DNA from: Candidatus Magasanikiibacteriota bacterium
GTDB lineage: Bacteria > Patescibacteriota > Patescibacteriia > Magasanikbacterales > UBA922
DNA: 64,000 nucleotides
Direction of reading: 5' to 3'
Assembly (NCBI GenBank): GCA_003482855.1
Contig: DMXO01000005.1
Span: forward strand, 163,719 to 227,718
Positions within the stretch are counted from its first letter, which is position 1, and every line of letters starts with the position of its first letter. Both the position numbers and the translations under genes were made by a program. Shown here in pieces: positions 47,734 through 56,744 of this stretch. The notes beneath the pieces are model-generated. The model was not told where the DNA came from, did not search any database, and worked only from the letters and a program-made list of their open reading frames with translations.

Positions 47734-48780
47734 ATGTCCGAGACAGGTCATGGAGATGTTCGTTCATCAGAAGAAATAGTAGAGGCTCGTTTGGCAGAAT
47801 ATGGCGATGCAGTTGATCGCACTTCTTCATTTCCTTTGGAATATGAACGAGATGAGAAAGGGGATGCAATTTCTGCAGAGGCAACATGGTTGCGTATAGA
47901 CGGAAGAGATCAATCAATTGAAGGGAAGTTATATACACCGAATGAAGATAGAAAAAGAGAACTGGTTATTATGAGTCCAGGTTCTCCGGGCGACGGGACT
48001 GTCAAATATGAAGAGCGGTATGTACCAAGTCTTACCAAGAGTGGTTTGACTGTGTTTACTGCGCGTCATCCTGGTTTGCGAGTAGCAGATGATGCACCAG
48101 ATACATATGTACACTGCAGAGAAAAGAAAGCGCAGGCTGGTAACCGTGGGCAAGAATATTTAGATGGATCATTTAGTTATGAAGAATTAGGTAGAGAAGC
48201 TTTGACAGTTATGTCCGTTTTGGAAAAGAATTTTGATAGGGTACATTTCGTGGGACATTCAGATGGCATGTATGTTATTTTGAGATCACTTGTACATCTT
48301 TTGGAAGAGAAGCCAGAGCTCGCAAGTAAGGTGGGTAACCTTGTTTCTCTTGCCGGTGTGACGGGCCCTTATGATGAAAAAATTTTGAGAAAATTTTTGC
48401 AATGGATGGAAAAAGAAAAACTATATAGACTTCCAGATGAAGAGCAAAACGTACGAGAATTTCAAACAAACGTGGCAACATTTAGAGGGACAGATTGGTC
48501 TCGATTCCCTCATATGTCCGGCATGTTTATTACTCCCACAGGATTGCTTGGAGGGACGCCCGATGAGTACATGCCCCAGAGCTCTGTTCAGGATTTTGCT
48601 GATTTTATACAAGGTCAAGGTTGTAAAAGAGTACGTGTCGTAGATTATGCCAATCTCCGTGTAGATACAGAGGGAGGGGAGGAGTCGCATGATTTCAATC
48701 ATTTGAGTCCAGGCATTACTACCAGATGGATTACCGGAGAGACCCAAGAACTATTAGAAAAAAAATTTAATAAAAGTTAA
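47734..48780 (+). CDS. Alpha/beta-hydrolase fold protein
   Basis: PGSPG, VGHSDG nucleophile elbow, candidate Asp (PDE) and His (SHDF). Confidence 0.65.
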   Translation: MSETGHGDVRSSEEIVEARLAEYGDAVDRTSSFPLEYERDEKGDAISAEATWLRIDGRDQSIEGKLYTPNEDRKRELVIMSPGSPGDGTVKYEERYVPSLTKSGLTVFTARHPGLRVADDAPDTYVHCREKKAQAGNRGQEYLDGSFSYEELGREALTVMSVLEKNFDRVHFVGHSDGMYVILRSLVHLLEEKPELASKVGNLVSLAGVTGPYDEKILRKFLQWMEKEKLYRLPDEEQNVREFQTNVATFRGTDWSRFPHMSGMFITPTGLLGGTPDEYMPQSSVQDFADFIQGQGCKRVRVVDYANLRVDTEGGEESHDFNHLSPGITTRWITGETQELLEKKFNKS

Positions 48781-48785
48781 TTTCT

Positions 48786-49412
48786 ATGTCCTATACATAC
48801 AATCCAATCTATACTCATTTTAAAGGCAATGATATTTCCCGATCAGAGCTAATTCAGAGGATGGTGGTGCAGACAATTATAAAAAGTAAATTGTCAGACA
48901 AAGAACGTTCATGGAGCAAAGTTTTTGAATTAAAACATAGTTCTTCTGTAATTCAGATTGGGCGTATTTTGGGCCAAAAGCGAGGACTAAAAATTGATCT
49001 GATTGAAGTCATTTGCGCTTTGCATGATATTTATGTCAATTCTACTGGCAGGGTAACAGATCATGCACACAAAGGTGCGCCAATTGCAAAAAAAATGCTA
49101 GAAAAAACTAAAATGTTTAGCAAAGAAGAGATTAAAATAATTGTTCAGGCCGTCCGAAATCATAGTGATAAACATGTATTTAATAAAAATAAATATGATG
49201 AATTGATTAAAGATGCCGATGTCTTTGATTGTGGTCTTTATGAAGGAGTACATGATGCCTATGTTTTTGAAAAATCTCCTTCGATTTGTCGCACGTATTT
49301 CGATCGTATAATCAAAGTACGAAAGGAATTGGGTTTGCCATATGACAAACGTTGGGAAAAGGTAGAACTTATTGAACAAGGTAAAAAATATTATGAGCAA
49401 CGAAAAAAATAA
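48786..49412 (+). CDS. HD-domain phosphohydrolase
   Basis: HS...LHDI...HAHKG...NHSDK...DAD. Confidence 0.85.
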   Translation: MSYTYNPIYTHFKGNDISRSELIQRMVVQTIIKSKLSDKERSWSKVFELKHSSSVIQIGRILGQKRGLKIDLIEVICALHDIYVNSTGRVTDHAHKGAPIAKKMLEKTKMFSKEEIKIIVQAVRNHSDKHVFNKNKYDELIKDADVFDCGLYEGVHDAYVFEKSPSICRTYFDRIIKVRKELGLPYDKRWEKVELIEQGKKYYEQRKK

Positions 49413-50814
49413 TTTGCCATTTGATCCTGAGGGTAATATTTTTCATTGGGGACCAGTACCAGGAAAATTTTTGTATTGTTCAGTTTTTACGCATGTCCAT
49501 TATACATATTTTCGAGCGAAATACGAAGAAAATTGGTCAGAAACATTATGGTTATTTCAAAATAATCGCATGTTTTGGATAAACGATACTGACGATGTCC
49601 GAGCAGCTGGTTTGAAAGTTTTTTTAAAGTATATGTTGCCAAAAGATAAACGGAGTGAAATTTATCAAGAGTGGCAGGGGTATGTAAAAGATTTAAACGT
49701 TATTGAAAATAAAATTGACACAACTGATTTAACTAAAATATCTGATGATGAATTGAAAAAAACATGGCATGACTTTCATCAAATATATATAAAGTTTTGG
49801 GTATCCGGGTCAGTGCCAGAGCTAGCTAACTATGGTGTAGATAAATATTTGATTGATAGTTTAAAACAATTTGTTGTTGATGAAAAAGAATTAGCTAGTG
49901 TTATGGAAGTTTTGACAGCTCCAACACGATTGTCGTTTTATCAAGAAGAAGAGATCGATTTGCAAAAGAGTGATGACCTGGTGAAACATCAGCAACAATA
50001 TTTTTGGTTAAAAAATAGTTATGCTGGTACACAGGTTTTGCCAGTAGATTTTTTTGCACAGCGTAAACCAAGTATTAAGTCTGAGATAGAAGAAGAAATG
50101 AAAAATAAGATGTCTGAATTGCCAAAACAAAAAATGGCTTTAAAAGAAAAATATAATTTGTCTGAGGAAGTTTGGGAAATTATTGAGGCGGTCAGCGATG
50201 GCGTGGGCTGGCAAGATGAAAGAAAAAAATATATTTTTATGGTTTTGCATTATCAAGATGTAATGCTCAAAGAAATTGAAAAGAGATTTAATTATACGTG
50301 GGAAGAATTAGATACGGCTTGGTATTATGAAATAGAAAAAATTATTGTTGGTGAAAATTTACACAATATACTTCAGAAAAGATTAGAAGGATTTGGGGTG
50401 AGATTTTTTCATGAATGTGAGGAATTAGATGCCAAGCAGGTAGAGTTCTTTTGGCAATTGTATGATTCCAAAAGTGAAGAGGGTGCATTGCAGGCTAAAG
50501 GTATCGTAGCTAGCAAAGGTAATGGCGGAGTGGTAAAAGGCAAAGTAAGGATTTTGTTAGATCCGACAAAAGTAGATAGCTTTGTGGATGGCGAAATATT
50601 ATTAGCGCCGATGACTAGCCCAGAATATGTCTTTGTCATGAAAAAATCTCTCGCTGTAGTGACTGATACTGGTGGATTGACTTCGCATGCTGCCATTGTG
50701 AGTAGAGAATTAAATATACCATGTTTAGTTGGGACAAAAAATGCGACTAAAATATTTAAAGATGGTGATGTGGTTGAGGTGGATGCAAACGAGGGAGTGG
50801 TAAGAAAAATATGA
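49393..50814 (+). CDS. PEP-utilising-enzyme phosphohistidine (swivel) domain protein with a large N-terminal helical domain
   Basis: C-terminal GEILLAPMTSP...TDTGGLTSHAAIVSRELNIPCLVG. Confidence 0.85.
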   Translation: MSNEKNNLPFDPEGNIFHWGPVPGKFLYCSVFTHVHYTYFRAKYEENWSETLWLFQNNRMFWINDTDDVRAAGLKVFLKYMLPKDKRSEIYQEWQGYVKDLNVIENKIDTTDLTKISDDELKKTWHDFHQIYIKFWVSGSVPELANYGVDKYLIDSLKQFVVDEKELASVMEVLTAPTRLSFYQEEEIDLQKSDDLVKHQQQYFWLKNSYAGTQVLPVDFFAQRKPSIKSEIEEEMKNKMSELPKQKMALKEKYNLSEEVWEIIEAVSDGVGWQDERKKYIFMVLHYQDVMLKEIEKRFNYTWEELDTAWYYEIEKIIVGENLHNILQKRLEGFGVRFFHECEELDAKQVEFFWQLYDSKSEEGALQAKGIVASKGNGGVVKGKVRILLDPTKVDSFVDGEILLAPMTSPEYVFVMKKSLAVVTDTGGLTSHAAIVSRELNIPCLVGTKNATKIFKDGDVVEVDANEGVVRKI

Positions 50815-51773
50815 AACATATCAAATTTTTTAAGGATATAAATAAAGACAGTGTTAGTGAAGCCGGAGGCAAAGGTGCTTCTTTGGGTGAAATGAACGGT
50901 GCTGGTATTCCAGTGCCGCCGGGGTTTGTAGTTTTAGCTGGTGCTTTTGACAAATTTTTGGAAGAAACAGATTTGAATATAGAAATAAAGGCGAGATTGA
51001 AAGAAGTGAATATAGGAGATACCAATAGTATTGAAAAAGCGAGTGTAGTTATTAGAGATACAATTCATGACCATGAGATGCCAGAAGATTTGAAAGAAGA
51101 AATTTGGGAAGCATTTGATAAACTTAACGCTGACTTTGTCGCGGTTCGTTCGAGTGCAACAGCCGAAGATTCTTTGATTGCAAGTTGGGCAGGGGAACTT
51201 GAAACATATTTAAATACAACACGAGAAAATGTTGTCGATAGAGTGAAAGAATGTTGGTCATCTTTATTTACTTCACGCGCTATATTTTATCGCCATGAGA
51301 AAAATTTGATTGATGCGCATGTGTCTGTTGCGGTCGTAGTGCAAAAAATGGTACAATCAGCGGTGTCGGGCATTGCATTTACTGTGCATCCAGTTACCGA
51401 AGATAGAGACCAGATGATTATTGAAGCTGGCTTGGGCCTGGGTGAAGCTATTGTTTCAGGACAAATTACACCGGATTCGTACGTGGTAAGTAAGAGCACG
51501 ATGCAGGTTTTGGATGTAAATATTGGGAATCAGAGTAAAATGTTGAAAAGAAGTGAAGTGGCGGCTCTGGAGCCGCCTGTACAAAACGTCTGGGTAAATT
51601 TAGATGAGTCACATGGTAATAAGCAAAAATTATCAGGCAAACAGATTATAGAGGTTGCAGAAATGTGCAAGAAAATAGAAGATCATTATGGATTTCCCTG
51701 CGATATTGAATGGGCGTTTGCTGAAGGAAAATTTTATATTACACAGTCGCGTCCCATAACAACATTAAAATAG
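50811..51773 (+). CDS. PPDK/PEP-synthase N-terminal ATP-grasp domain, stand-alone
   Basis: GGKGASLGE, VPPGF, VAVRSSATAED, VQKMV, GLGEAIVSG, DIEWA, QSRPIT at the C-terminus. Confidence 0.9.
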   Translation: MKHIKFFKDINKDSVSEAGGKGASLGEMNGAGIPVPPGFVVLAGAFDKFLEETDLNIEIKARLKEVNIGDTNSIEKASVVIRDTIHDHEMPEDLKEEIWEAFDKLNADFVAVRSSATAEDSLIASWAGELETYLNTTRENVVDRVKECWSSLFTSRAIFYRHEKNLIDAHVSVAVVVQKMVQSAVSGIAFTVHPVTEDRDQMIIEAGLGLGEAIVSGQITPDSYVVSKSTMQVLDVNIGNQSKMLKRSEVAALEPPVQNVWVNLDESHGNKQKLSGKQIIEVAEMCKKIEDHYGFPCDIEWAFAEGKFYITQSRPITTLK

Positions 51774-51787
51774 TGACAACATATAAA

Positions 51788-51882
51788 CCATTGTTACATT
51801 GCTAAATTGTTAAATTGCTGTGCAATATGCCTAGCAAGATAACAATTTAACAGTTTGACAATTTTAACCATTTTAACCATTT
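51788..51882. repeat. Inverted pair of 8-nt-period repeats (AAATTGYT / AACAATTT)
   Basis: CCATTGTT ACATTGCT AAATTGTT AAATTGCT / AGCAAGAT AACAATTT AACAGTTT GACAATTT ...AACCATTT. Confidence 0.75.
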
Positions 51883-51887
51883 ATCAT

Positions 51888-52307
51888 ATGAATCTCAAAC
51901 GCGCGTTTGGCTACGGAGCGATGCTCTGGGTCATTATCTTCGTCGTTATTTCAATTCTCATTTTTTTGCCATGGTTCAAAGACAGTGAGTTTCGTGTAGA
52001 TATTGCATGGTACATATTGGAAATTCCTATAGTACTCATATGGGCAAAGATGTATTTCAAAGCCGATCCTCCTACTACCAAAAAAGGATTGATGCTTGGG
52101 CTAGTAGCGCTTGTTGCAGGTACTATATTGGATATGATTATCACTGTTCCTCTGTTTGTAAAAAGTTATGCAATGTATTTTGGAGATTGGATGCTCTATA
52201 TTGGTTATGTTGAACTTTTGGTTTTGACCACATATGCAGGGTATGAGTTTGATGGAACATACACAAAAGAGTCTAAAAAATCGAAAGAAGAAATTGAACA
52301 TAATTAA
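51888..52307 (+). CDS. Four-TM membrane protein
   Basis: Hydrophobic ORF with LDMIITVP. Confidence 0.6.
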   Translation: MNLKRAFGYGAMLWVIIFVVISILIFLPWFKDSEFRVDIAWYILEIPIVLIWAKMYFKADPPTTKKGLMLGLVALVAGTILDMIITVPLFVKSYAMYFGDWMLYIGYVELLVLTTYAGYEFDGTYTKESKKSKEEIEHN

Positions 52308-52315
52308 TTAGCCAT

Positions 52316-53377
52316 ATGGATTTCAAGCAATTGATTCGTCAGTATCCACTCGCAGTCGGGGGATTTGGTTCTATTATATTAGGATTGATCGTAAATAGTA
52401 CGTTTCTCATTTTTTTAGGGTTTATTGTATTGTATATTTTTTTCTCACAGGCAAAGAAAAAAGGAACTACCAATAACTTTGATATCAAAAAAATATTTAG
52501 CAAATTTAACTTTAATTCAGGAAAACCTATGGAAACAATTAATCCAAAGAGGGGGAGAAGAATAGGATTTTGGATAGTACTTCTCGTACTGTTTTTCGTA
52601 TTCTTAAGTTTTGTAAGTGCATTTTGGGTCGTCGTAGAAGCTGGTGAGACAGGTGTAAGATCATTTTTTGGTAAGGTCCAAGATAATGAATTTCATTCAG
52701 GTTTTCATTTGAAGAATCCGTTGGAGAAAGTTACCAAGATGAGTATTAGGACACAGGATTATACAATGAGTGTCGCACAAGGAGAAGGGGAACGTGAAGG
52801 GGCAGATGCGATTACCGCATTGACCAAAGAGGGTTTGAGTGTTGATCTTGATATTACTATCCTCTACCATCTTATGGAAGAGAAAGCATCTGACGTTTAT
52901 CGCGATGTAGGATTTATGTATGATGAGACAATTATTCGCCCAGCAATTCGAGCAGTTATACGTGAAGTAATTGCGCAATACGATGCAAAAGATATCTACT
53001 CAGAAAAACGCCAAGAAGCAGTGCAACAAATTATTACAGAACTCACCAAGAAATTGGAACCAAGAGGTATAGAACTTGAAGATGTTTTGCTACGCCATGT
53101 GCAATTGCCAGCTGATTTAGCGGGAAGTATCCAGCAAAAGTTGCAAGCAGAACAAGAAGCGCAGCGATACGATTTCATCTTACAGACTGAACAAAAAGAG
53201 GCAGAACGCAAACGTATTGAAGCAGAGGGCCAGCGTGATGCACAGCAGATTATCAATCAGAGTCTTACACCCAATTATTTGAACTATCTCTATATACAAA
53301 ATCTTGAAAATCGTGCAGGAACTATTTACGTGCCAACAAATCCTAGCACGGGGGTACCTTTGTTTAGAGGGTTGTAA
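52316..53377 (+). CDS. SPFH/prohibitin family protein
   Basis: VEAGETGV...FGKV, ALTKEGL, IRPAIR, AERKRIEAEG. Confidence 0.9.
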   Translation: MDFKQLIRQYPLAVGGFGSIILGLIVNSTFLIFLGFIVLYIFFSQAKKKGTTNNFDIKKIFSKFNFNSGKPMETINPKRGRRIGFWIVLLVLFFVFLSFVSAFWVVVEAGETGVRSFFGKVQDNEFHSGFHLKNPLEKVTKMSIRTQDYTMSVAQGEGEREGADAITALTKEGLSVDLDITILYHLMEEKASDVYRDVGFMYDETIIRPAIRAVIREVIAQYDAKDIYSEKRQEAVQQIITELTKKLEPRGIELEDVLLRHVQLPADLAGSIQQKLQAEQEAQRYDFILQTEQKEAERKRIEAEGQRDAQQIINQSLTPNYLNYLYIQNLENRAGTIYVPTNPSTGVPLFRGL

Positions 53378-53401
53378 GTATACATCAAGAGAATTATACC
53401 A

Positions 53402-53430
53402 TTGACAAAAAAGATTTTATTTGGTATACT
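53402..53430 (+). promoter_or_regulatory. Sigma70 promoter
   Basis: TTGACA-17 nt-TATACT, near consensus. Confidence 0.75.
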
Positions 53431-53554
53431 GTTTCTCGTTGGGTAACGAATATACACGAAGCCGTTTAGGTCAACTATATAACGTTCCCAAGAGACCCTA
53501 TATTTATATGGGGCAAAGGTCGGAAATTTTATTCAAATATATTGGGAACAAGTT

Positions 53555-53848
53555 ATGTACAATAACGATAGACAAATGTTTGATGTAGATGTCAATTGTG
53601 CTACATGTGGTGCTCACATTTCACAATTGCCATTCCAACCATCAGGCGACCGTCCTGTATACTGCTCAGATTGCAATCGTGCTCATCGTCAGACACGTCG
53701 TGATGATTCTCGTCGCGAACGAAGAATGTATGATGTAGACGTTGCATGTTCTGGATGTGGCACAAAGATTACACAATTGCCATTCCAGCCAAAAGATACC
53801 AGTAATATTCTCTGCCGAGAATGTTATCTGAAGAGCAAGGATGCGTAA
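53555..53848 (+). CDS. Tandem CxxC-x17-CxxC zinc-ribbon protein
   Basis: Two repeats: CATCG..ISQLPFQP...YCSDC and CSGCG..ITQLPFQP...LCREC. Confidence 0.88.
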   Translation: MYNNDRQMFDVDVNCATCGAHISQLPFQPSGDRPVYCSDCNRAHRQTRRDDSRRERRMYDVDVACSGCGTKITQLPFQPKDTSNILCRECYLKSKDA

Positions 53849-53862
53849 TCATATTATCTTCA

Positions 53863-53890
53863 AAAAGAACGCTCTATGAGCGTTCTTTTC
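53863..53890 (+). terminator. Intrinsic terminator
   Basis: AAAAGAACGCTC-TAT-GAGCGTTCTTTT. Confidence 0.75.
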
Positions 53891-53945
53891 TTATTGATTT
53901 TTATCTGTTATTTGATACTATAATGATATACTGATATCACGTGTT

Positions 53946-55088
53946 ATGAATTTTGAAAAAGGGAAAATATTAGTCGCCATGAGTGGTGGAGTAGACTCAT
54001 CTGTTGCCGCTGCTCTACTTGTTGAAGCTGGTTATGAAGTTACTGGTATGTTTGCGGTTAATTATGATGATTCTGATGTCGCAACACATGATGAAGAATA
54101 TGCCAAATCATGCTGGGTGCCTGATTATAGAGATGCTCTGCGTGTGGCTGCCAAGCTTGGTATACCACTTTTGAAATTAAATTTTACCAAAGAGTACAAA
54201 GAGTTGGTATTGGATTATATGTATAGTGAGTATGCAGTAGGTCGTACACCAAATCCAGATGTCATGTGCAACCGTTACATTAAGTTTGGGGTCTGGTTAG
54301 ATAAGGCGCGAGAGTTAGGGTTTGATAAGTTGGCTACTGGACACTACGCTACAGTCACTTTAGCACATGAGCACTCAAGCACTGTAGCACAATATAAATT
54401 ACGAGTGGCAAAAGATACAAATAAGGACCAGACGTATTTTTTGCATCAACTTACACAGGGTCAGCTTTCTCATGTTTTATTTCCTATTGGTGATTACACT
54501 AAAAAAGAAATACGAGAGCTTGCAAAGAAATTTGATTTGCCAACCGCAGAAAAAGAGGAGAGTATGGGAATTTGTTTTGTTGGTGAGGTAGATATGAAGA
54601 CATTTTTGCAAGACAAAATTGGTGACAAAGTACAAGAGGGGAATATTATTTTTTCTGATGGTACTATACTTGGTCAACACGAAGGGTTGGCATTGTATAC
54701 TATAGGCCAGAGACATGTTGGGGTAGAAAGTGGCAAAATAAAAGGTACACATGGTGATACTAGGCCTTTATTTGTCGTTGACAAGCGATTGGATACTGAT
54801 GAACTTGTAGTTGGGTATGAAGATGATCCTTTGTTATGGAGACGAGAGGCACATGTATTGGACATGCACTGGATTTCTGGACGGGAACCCCTTTTTCCGT
54901 TACAATGTGAAGTGAGACTGAGACACAGACAAAAAATGCAGAATGCACAAATCACTCGAGCACGACAGCACGACAGCACGACAGCACTACTAATTGATTT
55001 TGATGAACCACAGCGGGCAGTGACTCCAGGGCAGTTTGCTGTTTTATATAAAGATGACGAATGTCTTGGCGGTGGGGTAGTCATCTGA
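53946..55088 (+). CDS. mnmA: tRNA 2-thiouridine(34) synthase
   Basis: AMSGGVDSS, GRTPNPDVMCNRYIKF, ATGHY, KDQTYFL, ESMGICF, AVTPGQ. Confidence 0.96.
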   Translation: MNFEKGKILVAMSGGVDSSVAAALLVEAGYEVTGMFAVNYDDSDVATHDEEYAKSCWVPDYRDALRVAAKLGIPLLKLNFTKEYKELVLDYMYSEYAVGRTPNPDVMCNRYIKFGVWLDKARELGFDKLATGHYATVTLAHEHSSTVAQYKLRVAKDTNKDQTYFLHQLTQGQLSHVLFPIGDYTKKEIRELAKKFDLPTAEKEESMGICFVGEVDMKTFLQDKIGDKVQEGNIIFSDGTILGQHEGLALYTIGQRHVGVESGKIKGTHGDTRPLFVVDKRLDTDELVVGYEDDPLLWRREAHVLDMHWISGREPLFPLQCEVRLRHRQKMQNAQITRARQHDSTTALLIDFDEPQRAVTPGQFAVLYKDDECLGGGVVI

Positions 55089-55118
55089 TATTTTTTATAT
55101 TTTTTAATCATATATAGT

Positions 55119-55220
55119 ATGAATGAACCAAATTTTCTCGTTGGTTTACTCGTCACTACCTGGCCAGTTTTGTTACTTGTGGGCATTATTATTTTTATTG
55201 GTTTTAAATATTTTAAGTAA
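55119..55220 (+). CDS. 33-aa single-TM small protein (not in the ORF track)
   Basis: MNEPNFLVGLLVTTWPVLLLVGIIIFIGFKYFK fills the mnmA-DUF4153 gap and ends in a positively charged tail. Confidence 0.5.
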   Translation: MNEPNFLVGLLVTTWPVLLLVGIIIFIGFKYFK

Positions 55221-55226
55221 GTCCAT

Positions 55227-56741
55227 ATGAATCTCATGAACCATACACTTACACGTTCTTGGAGAGTCGTGTATATAATTTTTGCATTTGCCATTGCACT
55301 ACTGTATGACGTATTTTTTTGGAACGTGCAACCGGGTATTGGTTTTGCGTTATTTGTCGGCTTGTATGTGCTTGGTTTCATCATACTCACGACCTTGAGT
55401 GAACAAGTTCATCAACCAAAAGCATTGTATTTACTTATTCCTATACTTGTTTTTTCTTTGGATGTCGTATTGTACAACAATAATTTCGTGCGTAACTGGG
55501 TTATGTTGTTTGTTGCTGTATTATTATTTATTTTTTCTATTCTTTTGACACTCAAGAATCCATCCAAGTATCTTTTTTCTTTTTCTCATATACCTATTTT
55601 GAGAAGTATTGATTTACCATTCATGAAATGGGGAGCCATGTATCGAGATCTTTTTTCTTCAAAAAAAGAAAAACGTAGTGAATTATATAAAAAGATAGCT
55701 ATAGGTATTGCCATTTCCATTCCTATTTTGATTATTTTTGGTTCTTTGTTTGTGAAAGCCGACGCGGTGTTTGCTGAATGGGCACAGCATATGTTTGATT
55801 TTACTATACAAGAGACTACAGTCTGGCGTGTGGTGAGATCAGTTATGATTACTATATTTTTGGGTAGTCTTTTGTATGTTGTGATAGACCCATCATATAC
55901 TCTCGGGGACAAAAAGCTTTCAGCATTCAAGATAGATAATACCATTACGACTATTGTACTCGCGTTAGTCAATATATTATTTTTGACATTCGTATTTATT
56001 CAGCTCAATTATCTATTTGGATCTCATGATTTTGTTGTAGAACATGGCATTGTGTTTGCCGAATACGCGCGCAGTGGATTTTTTCAACTCGCATGGGTTA
56101 TTGGCCTAGCTGCAGTGATGCTTATTTTTTTCTATCGTAGTGCTGTATTCCACGGTAGTACACTGGTATTGAAATTGCTCAAAATTTTGCTCATCGTGCA
56201 GGTAGGAGTCATAGCTATGTCTGCGCTTAAACGTATGAATATATATCAAGATGTGTTTGGATATACAGTATTACGTTTGTATGTAGAGTGGTTTATTTAT
56301 TTTTGTATGGTTATTTTGGCCTTGTCAGCCGTAAGTGTTGGTATTGATTGGAAATTTCGATATTTTTTTTATACCAGCATGCTGTGTGGTGTTGTCGCGA
56401 TGGGTATTGTATCATCTATCAATGTGGATCGTATGATAGCACGAGAGAATGTTGATCGATATTTGAATGGAGGTAAAGAGCTTGATATGGGATACCTTGT
56501 TTTCTATTTATCTATTGATGCTGTTCCAGAGATCAAACGCGCATTTGATGCAGGGTACGTGTATAAAGGTACAAACAATGATTTACATTATACTAAGGAC
56601 AATTTTTCAGAAATATATCTTGGCAATAAGTTTACGCATTTACACAGGCGTGTCTCTGGTAAAAAATATATGAGTTTTTCGCAGATACATGAATCATGGA
56701 AAGAATTTAATTTCGGCGTTCATACATTAAAGAATTTATAA
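55227..56741 (+). CDS. DUF4153/DUF4173-like membrane protein
   Basis: LFVKADAVF, EYARSGFFQL, RMNIYQ..FGYT.LR, LSIDAVP. Confidence 0.8.
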   Translation: MNLMNHTLTRSWRVVYIIFAFAIALLYDVFFWNVQPGIGFALFVGLYVLGFIILTTLSEQVHQPKALYLLIPILVFSLDVVLYNNNFVRNWVMLFVAVLLFIFSILLTLKNPSKYLFSFSHIPILRSIDLPFMKWGAMYRDLFSSKKEKRSELYKKIAIGIAISIPILIIFGSLFVKADAVFAEWAQHMFDFTIQETTVWRVVRSVMITIFLGSLLYVVIDPSYTLGDKKLSAFKIDNTITTIVLALVNILFLTFVFIQLNYLFGSHDFVVEHGIVFAEYARSGFFQLAWVIGLAAVMLIFFYRSAVFHGSTLVLKLLKILLIVQVGVIAMSALKRMNIYQDVFGYTVLRLYVEWFIYFCMVILALSAVSVGIDWKFRYFFYTSMLCGVVAMGIVSSINVDRMIARENVDRYLNGGKELDMGYLVFYLSIDAVPEIKRAFDAGYVYKGTNNDLHYTKDNFSEIYLGNKFTHLHRRVSGKKYMSFSQIHESWKEFNFGVHTLKNL

Positions 56742-56744
56742 GTT

